From Pseudobacteriovorax sp. (GTDB lineage: Bacteria; Bdellovibrionota_B; Oligoflexia; Oligoflexales; Oligoflexaceae), in contig JBNKNM010000015.1 in the NCBI GenBank assembly GCA_050293845.1, forward strand, positions 1 through 61,738: 61,738 bases of DNA. Reading direction: 5' to 3'. How positions within the stretch are numbered: the stretch's first letter is position 1; each line of letters starts with the position of its first letter. Below the pieces are notes generated by a model. The model saw only the letters and a program-made list of their open reading frames with translations. It was not told the DNA's origin and ran no database searches. Position numbers and translations under genes: made by a program. Positions 54,633 to 61,738 of the stretch are shown in pieces.

Positions 54633-54743
54633 TTATCCAACCTCCCTCGTCTTAATCAATTGGATAAGTAATGAGTGGAGGAACACCACTAGAAGTAATA
54701 GCCTACCATCTAACTTATTTAATCTATTTTTCAATTCTTCCAT
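54633..54743 (-). CDS. 36-aa small membrane protein, below the ORF-track cutoff
   Basis: MEELKNRLNKLDGRLLLLVVFLHSLLIQLIKTREVG*; TAAGGT RBS; fills the gap between the fibre and holin-like genes. Confidence 0.5.
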   Translation of the reverse strand: MEELKNRLNKLDGRLLLLVVFLHSLLIQLIKTREVG

Positions 54744-54759
54744 GATTAAGTAACCTTAT

Positions 54760-56082
54760 TTAAGTAATTGCATAACTACAAGTAGCATTTAGTGTGCTAG
54801 TTCTGGTTACTGTTCCTGTTTCATTTCTATAAAAAACACTAAATGTTCCATCCGATTGGACATAACAATTAAGTCCATGATCTTCATCGTAGAAATAGCT
54901 ATTATATGAATTAGCGCTTGGTCTAAAAGATGTAGGTATGAGGCCACTAGCTGATGAAACCGCTGCTGAAGTGCCATGTCCTAAACTATCTGTATGAATA
55001 CTGACAAGATTACCAGATCTAGATCCGTATATATTTCCTGAAGTGAAGGAGCCATCTGCAGCCACTGTGAAAGTATCTTCGATGCTGATGATAAACCAAG
55101 CCGTCCCATTACAAAATAATACAGCTCTACCGTATTGGCTTTGAATTACCAATGTAGTGGCTCCGTTAATTGTTTCAGCTCCTTCTCCGTCAATTGTTAA
55201 ATTACCAGCACCTGAATCTGTTTTTATTGCTGTCGCTACCCTACCCGCGTTATCTGCGGCTGTTGGTAAATCAAGTGCTCTACCAGTTGCTCCAGTAGAA
55301 AAAGCGAAGATGTCATACCCATCTGTATCTAATATGGTGTAATCATCATTGGATACAGATTTAACTCTAGATTTAATAGTTGGTGTGAAACTAGTGACAA
55401 TACCTGCTGCAGTTGGTGTAGCAGTACTAACACCAGCACCTATATCTACTTCTGTTCCACTTTCATCTAAAGAATAGAACTTTCCATCACTTTTAGGGTA
55501 TATTTTCATATAACCAGCACTTGGATTGCTAGGAGTAGTTATATGTTTAAATCCTAATTCTTTATCTAATGTTTTAATTCCAGTTATAGTTTGATCAGTA
55601 CCTAATGTTACAGTAGTTGACACTGGTGCTTTTGCTGATAAACCTGTATCAGCATATGCTTTTACTGACTGTTGTGTAGGAACTTTTGTAGCTGAGTCAG
55701 ATACAAGGTCATCTTCATCTAGAATATCAGTAGTGTCTAATATCCTATTACCTTCATAGACAAGATCGTCTGAAGCATCCGCTTTAAGGACTAAATCTCC
55801 ATCATTGGCTGCATTCCTAAAGGCTATACCTTCATTATTTGCTAATCTAATGATTTCACTTAGAGCAATATTGGAAGACAGACTTTTAAAATATTTAGCC
55901 ACTAAACCATATGTAGCTCCAAAATTGGCATCGGCTGTTAAAGTGAAGTTTCCACCTGACTTAGCTAGTGAGTTCTGACCAAGTGCAACCAAATAAGAAG
56001 TGAGCGAAGTGCCCCATCCTTTAGCTTGACGATTGCTAGGAACCGTATAATTGGTGCCGTTGAAATTGACGGTTTCACTCAT
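54760..56082 (-). CDS. tail fibre / receptor-binding protein
   Basis: T/S/G-rich; DQTITGIKT, LDLPTAADNAGR, IKTDSGAGNLTIDGEGAETING fibre motifs. Confidence 0.75.
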   Translation of the reverse strand: MSETVNFNGTNYTVPSNRQAKGWGTSLTSYLVALGQNSLAKSGGNFTLTADANFGATYGLVAKYFKSLSSNIALSEIIRLANNEGIAFRNAANDGDLVLKADASDDLVYEGNRILDTTDILDEDDLVSDSATKVPTQQSVKAYADTGLSAKAPVSTTVTLGTDQTITGIKTLDKELGFKHITTPSNPSAGYMKIYPKSDGKFYSLDESGTEVDIGAGVSTATPTAAGIVTSFTPTIKSRVKSVSNDDYTILDTDGYDIFAFSTGATGRALDLPTAADNAGRVATAIKTDSGAGNLTIDGEGAETINGATTLVIQSQYGRAVLFCNGTAWFIISIEDTFTVAADGSFTSGNIYGSRSGNLVSIHTDSLGHGTSAAVSSASGLIPTSFRPSANSYNSYFYDEDHGLNCYVQSDGTFSVFYRNETGTVTRTSTLNATCSYAIT

Positions 56083-56093
56083 TCGAACTTCTC

Positions 56094-56420
56094 CTACCTA
56101 GGCTCATTAGCAACTAGAACACTCCAGCCAGTTAGAGCACCGCTTGTCTTGGTTAAAGCCACTCGGTAATGGAGATAGTCATAGACACCATCTATCTGGG
56201 TAAAAGTAGAACCAGAATCATTTGAGATAGCTTGAGATGAGCCAATATTGGTATAGTTAGTACCATCATTAGAACCCTGCAATTGGTAAGCGAAGGATGC
56301 CGTAGTTGAAGCCCAAATCACTTGGATTGATTTGACCTCGCTATGATCAGCTACATGATCGTAATTGGTCGATTCCGTTGGGATAGCACTAGATAAACTA
56401 GAGACTGTGAGTTTCTTCAT
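56094..56420 (-). CDS. small beta-rich virion protein
   Basis: YQLQGSNDGTNY...YLHYRV. Confidence 0.55.
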   Translation of the reverse strand: MKKLTVSSLSSAIPTESTNYDHVADHSEVKSIQVIWASTTASFAYQLQGSNDGTNYTNIGSSQAISNDSGSTFTQIDGVYDYLHYRVALTKTSGALTGWSVLVANEPR

Positions 56421-56422
56421 GA

Positions 56423-56947
56423 TTATCCTCTACCAATAGTCTCTGCTGCATCCTGGGCACCACCAGTGCCATTTGCTAATGTTGCAGCACTAGCAGTAAT
56501 ACCGGTATCACCTACGATAGTGATAAAGTTGCCGATAATACCTTTTTGTAAAGCTGTTATGGTGACAACGCCTAGTGCTGAACTAGCACTAACTACTTTA
56601 GAAAGAGTTGAATGAGCGTTTATCTTAGCAGCCAAGGAAGCAGCATCAGCTGTATCGTCACCTGATTGGTCAAATTGTGCCTCTCCACTGGGTGAAGCTT
56701 TTGCCGTGAATGTTACACCACCAATAACTGCTGTCTCGTCCGCTGCTACTGAGGCAAGTGTTAACGTGCCACTAGCAGCAACAGGGTCAGTTGAAGATCC
56801 ACTAACGTCAACAGTTGCTTTAATAGCTCCATTGGTAATTCCTTTGACAAGGGCATGTATTCTACGAGCATTGCCAGAATCATCATTAGCGCGTTTATAA
56901 TCCGTGTAGTCTTTGTTTGTTTTTATTTGTATAGTTAAAGTTGACAT
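56423..56947 (-). CDS. virion structural protein after the capsid gene (decoration or sheath-domain-like)
   Basis: ASGTLTLAS...IGGVTFTA...AASLAAKINA...VVTITA...GN...LANG. Confidence 0.55.
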   Translation of the reverse strand: MSTLTIQIKTNKDYTDYKRANDDSGNARRIHALVKGITNGAIKATVDVSGSSTDPVAASGTLTLASVAADETAVIGGVTFTAKASPSGEAQFDQSGDDTADAASLAAKINAHSTLSKVVSASSALGVVTITALQKGIIGNFITIVGDTGITASAATLANGTGGAQDAAETIGRG

Positions 56948-56963
56948 ATTTTAACCTTTAAAG

Positions 56964-56999
56964 AAAAAACTCAAACCCATATGCTTGGATCTGAGTTTT
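56964..56999 (-). terminator. intrinsic terminator after the major capsid gene
   Basis: Minus strand AAAACTCAGATCCA-agcata-TGGGTTTGAGTTTTTT. Confidence 0.75.
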
Positions 57000-57035
57000 A
57001 AGTTAGGAGTTTATAACCAATCAGCTATCAACTGA

Positions 57036-58271
57036 TTACGTATGTAGAGCAGCACTATCAGAGCGAGTTCCATATACAATCCAGCCTGGTTTTTCACAGA
57101 AAATAGTAAATTCAGAGAAGAGTCTCATTTCTTTTGCAGAAGTAGATTCTAGATCAAAAATGATATCACCATCTTTTGCTAGTGCAGGTGTCATGTCAGA
57201 AGAACCAATTCTGTAAGTAAATCTCTCTGGAAACATCACAAATTCGCCTTCTTTGCAAAACATGTATGGGACTACTTCTATTTCTCCAGTAGCTCCAAAG
57301 AAGGAAATTGCTTCAAAACCATTCTCAGCTTTTGATTTAGAATATTTTGCACCATGATCACGTAAGGCTGATTCGTCTGATACAAGACCTTGGAAACATT
57401 TAACAGGTACTAAGCAGGTTAATTTCTCATCACAACCCTTATCAGCAGCATATCCAGCAGCTTCAAGTATTTTTCCTAATGATAAAGGGGAAGTACCGAC
57501 ATTATAACTTGTTGATGCCCAAAGAGCTTCAGTAGAGGCTGATATATTGTATAAAGTACCAGTATTCTTTGCTATATCCATCAAGCCATATGGAGCAGAT
57601 CCACTATCAATGTGATGGTCTTTTAGAAATAGTATGTCATTTGCAACTACAGAAGTACTTGTTCCTGTAACTGTGACAGTTCTGTTTGCGACGTTGATAG
57701 CAGAAACAGTTAAACTGGTGTTATGTTGTGTTGCACCTGTAGCAGTAGAAGTAAATGCTTCTAGCACAGCTCCTTTCATCCCTAGCCACAAAGAAGGGCA
57801 CCAAGATGCGGGACTTATTGTAAGAACACCAGAAGAGTTACCTGTGACTACACCCAATCCTTGACGTCCGTATCCCATAGAGAGTATTTCACACCTTTTT
57901 TGGTATGACTCCGTCATCGGAATAAATCTTTTATCATGAAATTGTGCAAATGCTTGTTTATTTGATTTAGCACGAGAAATTAGATCATATGATACTCTTG
58001 AACGAAGTATTACCGAATAGCCTTCAACTTCTGCTTTAGCAGAATTTTGAGCTACTGCAGCGTTAAGAGTGATTTCACCTTGACCTACACTAAAGCCTTG
58101 CTCGTGGTCTAGCTGAACGTCGAATCTTGCTTTTTCGCCAGGAGTTAAGTCTTTTCGGAATTTTATACGTCTCATCAAGACGGTAGATGTTGGCACTAGA
58201 TTTGAGATGCCGTTATTGTATTTCTCTTTTAAGCGTGAAGCTAACGTAGATGGTGTGGAAGTAGTTCCCAT
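57036..58271 (-). CDS. major capsid protein
   Basis: 411 aa, downstream of the portal and scaffold, followed by a terminator; LKEKY...LVP N-terminus and YGLMDI..TGTLYNI. Confidence 0.8.
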   Translation of the reverse strand: MGTTSTPSTLASRLKEKYNNGISNLVPTSTVLMRRIKFRKDLTPGEKARFDVQLDHEQGFSVGQGEITLNAAVAQNSAKAEVEGYSVILRSRVSYDLISRAKSNKQAFAQFHDKRFIPMTESYQKRCEILSMGYGRQGLGVVTGNSSGVLTISPASWCPSLWLGMKGAVLEAFTSTATGATQHNTSLTVSAINVANRTVTVTGTSTSVVANDILFLKDHHIDSGSAPYGLMDIAKNTGTLYNISASTEALWASTSYNVGTSPLSLGKILEAAGYAADKGCDEKLTCLVPVKCFQGLVSDESALRDHGAKYSKSKAENGFEAISFFGATGEIEVVPYMFCKEGEFVMFPERFTYRIGSSDMTPALAKDGDIIFDLESTSAKEMRLFSEFTIFCEKPGWIVYGTRSDSAALHT

Positions 58272-58331
58272 TATTATTACCTATTAAATCGTGTTTTGTT
58301 ATGTTTGGTTGATTCTTTTTAAATAGGTAGT

Positions 58332-58404
58332 GGCATCCAAATAATGGGTAGGCACAAAGGAAAGAATCAGTGAGGAGCATCAGGCATCCAAATAATGGGT
58401 AGGC
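58332..58404 (-). repeat. perfect 22-nt direct repeat in the capsid leader (58332-58353 and 58383-58404)
   Basis: GGCATCCAAATAATGGGTAGGC occurs twice. Confidence 0.92.
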
Positions 58405-58546
58405 TTTTGTTCTTCACTGTATATTGGGTATTTTCAAACCCCGTTTTGTGAAAAAAATTTTTATTAGTCCGACTCCTATAAGGTATTTTTTACCTATCAT
58501 AAAAGAGCTAGATTTTCCGATGGTTAGATATATGGAGGGAATTCGA

Positions 58547-59035
58547 TTGTCCGCGAAATTTAAAGAATTCTTTATCGAGAAATTCACCATTATGATGTTC
58601 GCCGTTGCAACTGCTGCTCTCTCAGGATGGGTTACACTCCTTATTCAAATTTACTACCAACCTGACCCACAACTTTCCATTCCAAATTCATGCAATAAAT
58701 ACATGAATTCTATTTCTATTCTTGAAGGAAAGTACACTCACTGTACTGGCAAACTTACCGAGGCAAATACCAACTTAAGTGTTTGCAAGTCAAATAATGA
58801 AACTGCCGACAAAGCCTGTGTAAACCAATTTAAAGGATTAACCAAAAGATGTACGGACGAAATAAGTAAATACAAAACTGAAAATCAAAAAAATCTAGGA
58901 ATAATCAATGAATTATTACAAGGTACTGATTGTAAGGATGTTGCTGGACATGAATCAAAGTTCGATATAAGCAAATGGAAAAAGGAACAAGAGGAGAAAG
59001 AGAAGGAAAGAAAGAGAAAGCAAATCGATGAATAA
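58547..59035 (+). CDS. TM-anchored Cys-containing coiled-coil protein (i-spanin-like)
   Basis: TTG 58547 after GGAGG; one N-terminal TM followed by a helical coil. The track ORF starts at 58424. Confidence 0.6.
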   Translation: MSAKFKEFFIEKFTIMMFAVATAALSGWVTLLIQIYYQPDPQLSIPNSCNKYMNSISILEGKYTHCTGKLTEANTNLSVCKSNNETADKACVNQFKGLTKRCTDEISKYKTENQKNLGIINELLQGTDCKDVAGHESKFDISKWKKEQEEKEKERKRKQIDE

Positions 59036-59393
59036 ACTTATTTTTATCGCCTATATGTTAACATCCTGTAAGACCGTTGAAACGTATCACAGAGACATCT
59101 ATCTTTACCAAATACCTGATATCTATCTTTTAGATCCTCCACTAATTTCAAGTGCTATTCCGGAAGGAGATAAATATCCAAGAAGCTGTGAACCATTATT
59201 TAAATCATTAGACAATAGTCAGAAAGATGTTTACGCCTGTCTAAAAAAGCTAAAGGATCTTAGAAAACATGTTGAAACTGAACCAAAGAAACTAACTGAC
59301 CAACAGCCTGCGAAACTAGTTAAAAGGGAATGTTCGATAATATTCTATTCGTATGACTGTTTGAAGGAAACCGAATCAAAACTTGCCCACTAA
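59028..59393 (+). CDS. lipoprotein (o-spanin-like)
   Basis: MNKLIFIAYMLTSC lipobox, Pro-rich IPDIYLLDPP, then helix ACLKKLKDLR; overlaps the upstream gene by 8 nt. Confidence 0.6.
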   Translation: MNKLIFIAYMLTSCKTVETYHRDIYLYQIPDIYLLDPPLISSAIPEGDKYPRSCEPLFKSLDNSQKDVYACLKKLKDLRKHVETEPKKLTDQQPAKLVKRECSIIFYSYDCLKETESKLAH

Positions 59394-59394
59394 T

Positions 59395-60378
59395 TTACCA
59401 ATTCATTCTCATATCAGTTGGATTAAGAAATTTACGTTCCTTTGACTCTGATCGAGCAGGTTCTTCGCTTTTAAAGGAAGATTGCTCTTCACGTCCTTTT
59501 GTAAGGCGTCCTAAATCGTATTTCCGAATCTTATTAACTAGTTCTTCACCCAGGAAGCTGACAAGCTCTTCACCATCGAAGTGATTTACTAGACTGTGAT
59601 ATTCCTTGTAGCGTTTATTCTCAACATGCTGGGCTAACTGCTCAGGTGTTACTTCATGGCCTTGTTCTTTTGCTGCACGCATATAAAGAGCCATTTCACG
59701 TAGAGTAGCTGCTGCTGTTTCAGGATGCTTACTAAGATTTGAAGCTTCCATAGCTTTAGAAAGTGTCTCGGATATTTCAGTTTTTCTCTTCTCGACATGT
59801 TGTTGGAATTCTTGCTGTTTCCTTTGCTGAGCTTCTGTAATTTCTTTTTGTTTATATCCTGTAAGTTCCTGTTCTAACTTAGCTAATCTCTGAGCTGCTG
59901 GACTATTAGGATCAAGTGCTTCACCGGATAGTTCTTTTTCGATCTCCGATCTCAACCATGTTTCAGCTAATTTTTTTCTATCTATAGGCAATCTCGGATC
60001 AGATAAAACTTTCATGGGATCTTTGGTAAGAGCTTCAAGGAAAGCTTGTGTCTGTTTTTTGGCATCAGCAGCTTCCCTAAAGCGCTGATCAGCACCCTTC
60101 CATTTACAGTATAAGGTGGCCAGATCAGACTCAGGTATCGTTTGATCGCCAACTTTGATCATTTTTGGAGCATCCTTTTTGGGAGTCTCTGAAGGTTTTT
60201 TATCAGATTCCTTAGGTTCTGTATTAGTTTCTTTAGATTCTACTTCATTATTTGATTCTGATTCTTTAGATTCAGGTTCACTAGGAACAGGAATATCATC
60301 CCATGAACTGAAACCCGAAGGAGTAGGATTGTTTGATTCATTTGTTGTAGGTTCGTTTGTTGATGATTCGTCTGACAT
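59395..60378 (-). CDS. capsid scaffolding protein
   Basis: Acidic disordered N-terminus, coiled coils, located between portal and capsid. Confidence 0.7.
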   Translation of the reverse strand: MSDESSTNEPTTNESNNPTPSGFSSWDDIPVPSEPESKESESNNEVESKETNTEPKESDKKPSETPKKDAPKMIKVGDQTIPESDLATLYCKWKGADQRFREAADAKKQTQAFLEALTKDPMKVLSDPRLPIDRKKLAETWLRSEIEKELSGEALDPNSPAAQRLAKLEQELTGYKQKEITEAQQRKQQEFQQHVEKRKTEISETLSKAMEASNLSKHPETAAATLREMALYMRAAKEQGHEVTPEQLAQHVENKRYKEYHSLVNHFDGEELVSFLGEELVNKIRKYDLGRLTKGREEQSSFKSEEPARSESKERKFLNPTDMRMNW

Positions 60379-60394
60379 AATTATTTCTCCAATT

Positions 60395-61738
60395 TTACTT
60401 ATTAGAATTTAAAAATTGCATATAGGCTTGTTTCACTTCAGGTGGAGCATTATCCGGTACTGTTGGTAGATTTACTCCCTCATCCATTTGCTTACCTGGA
60501 TTCACCTCAGGTATCTGATCTTGACTTTCTGGTGCTGGTGGTTGTTCAGGAGGTAGTGGTTGCATACCAAGCATCTGAGCTAGAATTGGGTCAATAGATC
60601 TCATTTGATCAATATGTGCTTGTATATGCTGTAGTGCAGCATTCATTATCTCTGGATTAGCCCTTACTTCTGGGTCATCAAAAACAGATTTGTGTTTGGC
60701 TATATGCTCTGGGTGTATATCCGTAAGTATGACTTGAGGTGTCTCGCCTTTAAGAAGCATCTCATTTTCTTGTTTTATAAGGATGTGGTCCTTGAACTCA
60801 TCGTCTGTAGTTTGATCCATCTCACCAGTTCTAAGGAAACTAGCTATTAATTTAGGGTCTTGTACCAGCCCATACTGTGTCATCATTTGGACAAGCTCCC
60901 ACCTACCAGCTTGTGATTGTAAGATAGGGTTACCAAGGTCAACTGCAATACGATCAATACCCATAAGGTCGTCAGACTTGAACGTCTTAGCATATGTCTT
61001 CCTATTACTCCCAACTAGATAAGCTATTCTTTCTGTCTGAGCGAATTGTTTTAAGTTATTGATTACACAAGAACCTACATCACCTGCAAGTTGTGCGTAG
61101 CCTTTTTGTAATTCAGATACAAATTGGATTGCTTGAGCTAACATCAGTGCTAATGAGTTGCCACTTTTTAATGAAGCTTGTGGATTCCCCCTGGTTGTTT
61201 CATTAATGCCCGACAACAATTGCTGGTTAGCAGTTAATTGGTCTAATAACTTATACGTCTCACCACTGCTTTGAGTGAAATTGATGCCTTGCGGCGGTAT
61301 GCTTGACACAATCAGGTTTTGGCTCTTACTCACCTTTTTTATTGTTATATTAGGATCTTGCGACCATATATTCTGTACTGCATTATTTAAGTTGTTGGTT
61401 AGGACAGCACTACTTAGCAAATTAATAGCTTCCTGAAGTGGGAGTAGATCTATCCCAGGACTATCAGCCATAGTCGTTTGAAGGATATTACCAGCTTTTA
61501 GATTAAATAGGGGTATATCTTTATATTGTAATGGACCATCTTCTAGTACCTGATTAGCACATATTACTGTTTGTCTACCAGTCCTGATAGCTTGTGTACG
61601 TTTATGGTATAGTGTAAATACATAGACTGCTTCATCATCTTCTATCTCATCCCCATAACTATGTAGAGTTGGGTCAAGCATTATCTCATCTTGGTATGAC
61701 TTTTCTAATTTAGAATTTAATATTTCTGTCTCAAATTG
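60395..61738 (-). CDS. portal protein (podovirus/P22-like), 5' end beyond the window
   Basis: Frame open to the window edge; DLLPLQEAIN, LSGINETTRG, SGNSLALM, Pro/Gln-rich C-tail. Confidence 0.8.
   Translation of the reverse strand, partial: QFETEILNSKLEKSYQDEIMLDPTLHSYGDEIEDDEAVYVFTLYHKRTQAIRTGRQTVICANQVLEDGPLQYKDIPLFNLKAGNILQTTMADSPGIDLLPLQEAINLLSSAVLTNNLNNAVQNIWSQDPNITIKKVSKSQNLIVSSIPPQGINFTQSSGETYKLLDQLTANQQLLSGINETTRGNPQASLKSGNSLALMLAQAIQFVSELQKGYAQLAGDVGSCVINNLKQFAQTERIAYLVGSNRKTYAKTFKSDDLMGIDRIAVDLGNPILQSQAGRWELVQMMTQYGLVQDPKLIASFLRTGEMDQTTDDEFKDHILIKQENEMLLKGETPQVILTDIHPEHIAKHKSVFDDPEVRANPEIMNAALQHIQAHIDQMRSIDPILAQMLGMQPLPPEQPPAPESQDQIPEVNPGKQMDEGVNLPTVPDNAPPEVKQAYMQFLNSNK

Larger units (their letters stand above)
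39718..61738. mobile_element. prophage with podovirus-type virion module integrated at tRNA-Leu; extends beyond the window
   Basis: Integrase next to the tRNA 3' end, visibly lower GC, and portal-scaffold-capsid-fibre-adaptor-nozzle-ejection gene order. Confidence 0.9.

Noticed and set aside
58332..58404. Mini-CRISPR array (22-nt repeat, 29-nt spacer)
   Set aside because: There are only two copies, no cas genes or leader, and the position in the capsid leader with paired flanks fits a cis element better.
44212..61738. Stop-codon reassignment in the prophage
   Set aside because: Virion genes are long, contiguous and tightly packed under the standard code 11.
44212..61738. Gene transfer agent, tailocin or contractile injection system
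   Set aside because: The integrase at a tRNA plus portal and capsid, with no tube, baseplate or tape-measure genes, indicates a podovirus-like prophage.

Overview
The window has two parts. Bases 1-39.7 kb are bacterial housekeeping and metabolic DNA. The gene repertoire (second S1 paralogue, AgmX/PglI-type and STAS/Zn-ribbon proteins, PilZ, DUF4360) suggests Bdellovibrionota/Oligoflexia, which is inference. It carries truncated murE (absent from the ORF track), hmgA, a six-gene TonB2-type energizer operon, lspA, hisS, egtBD, a TPP riboswitch with thiC-O-S-G-DE, a transaldolase, tatB, a two-CxxCH cytochrome/beta-barrel fusion, a histidine kinase and metH. From a tRNA-Leu(CAA) at 39634-39717 to the window end lies an AT-richer prophage. 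It starts with a tyrosine integrase, preceded by an IHF site and arm-like repeats, then a cluster of small accessory genes. A minus-strand podovirus-type virion operon follows (portal, scaffold, major capsid, tail fibre, holin-like gene, adaptor, nozzle, four ejection-type proteins). The most interesting observations are all in the prophage: (i) a holin-coupled protein with an N-terminal membrane anchor and a C-terminal OMP-like beta anchor, a candidate reverse-topology single-protein spanin; (ii) an i-/o-spanin-like pair inserted antisense between scaffold and capsid genes; (iii) a duplicated 22-nt hairpin motif in the capsid leader; (iv) sigma28-like promoters before prophage accessory genes. 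No database searches were run; all product calls come from motif recognition and synteny.
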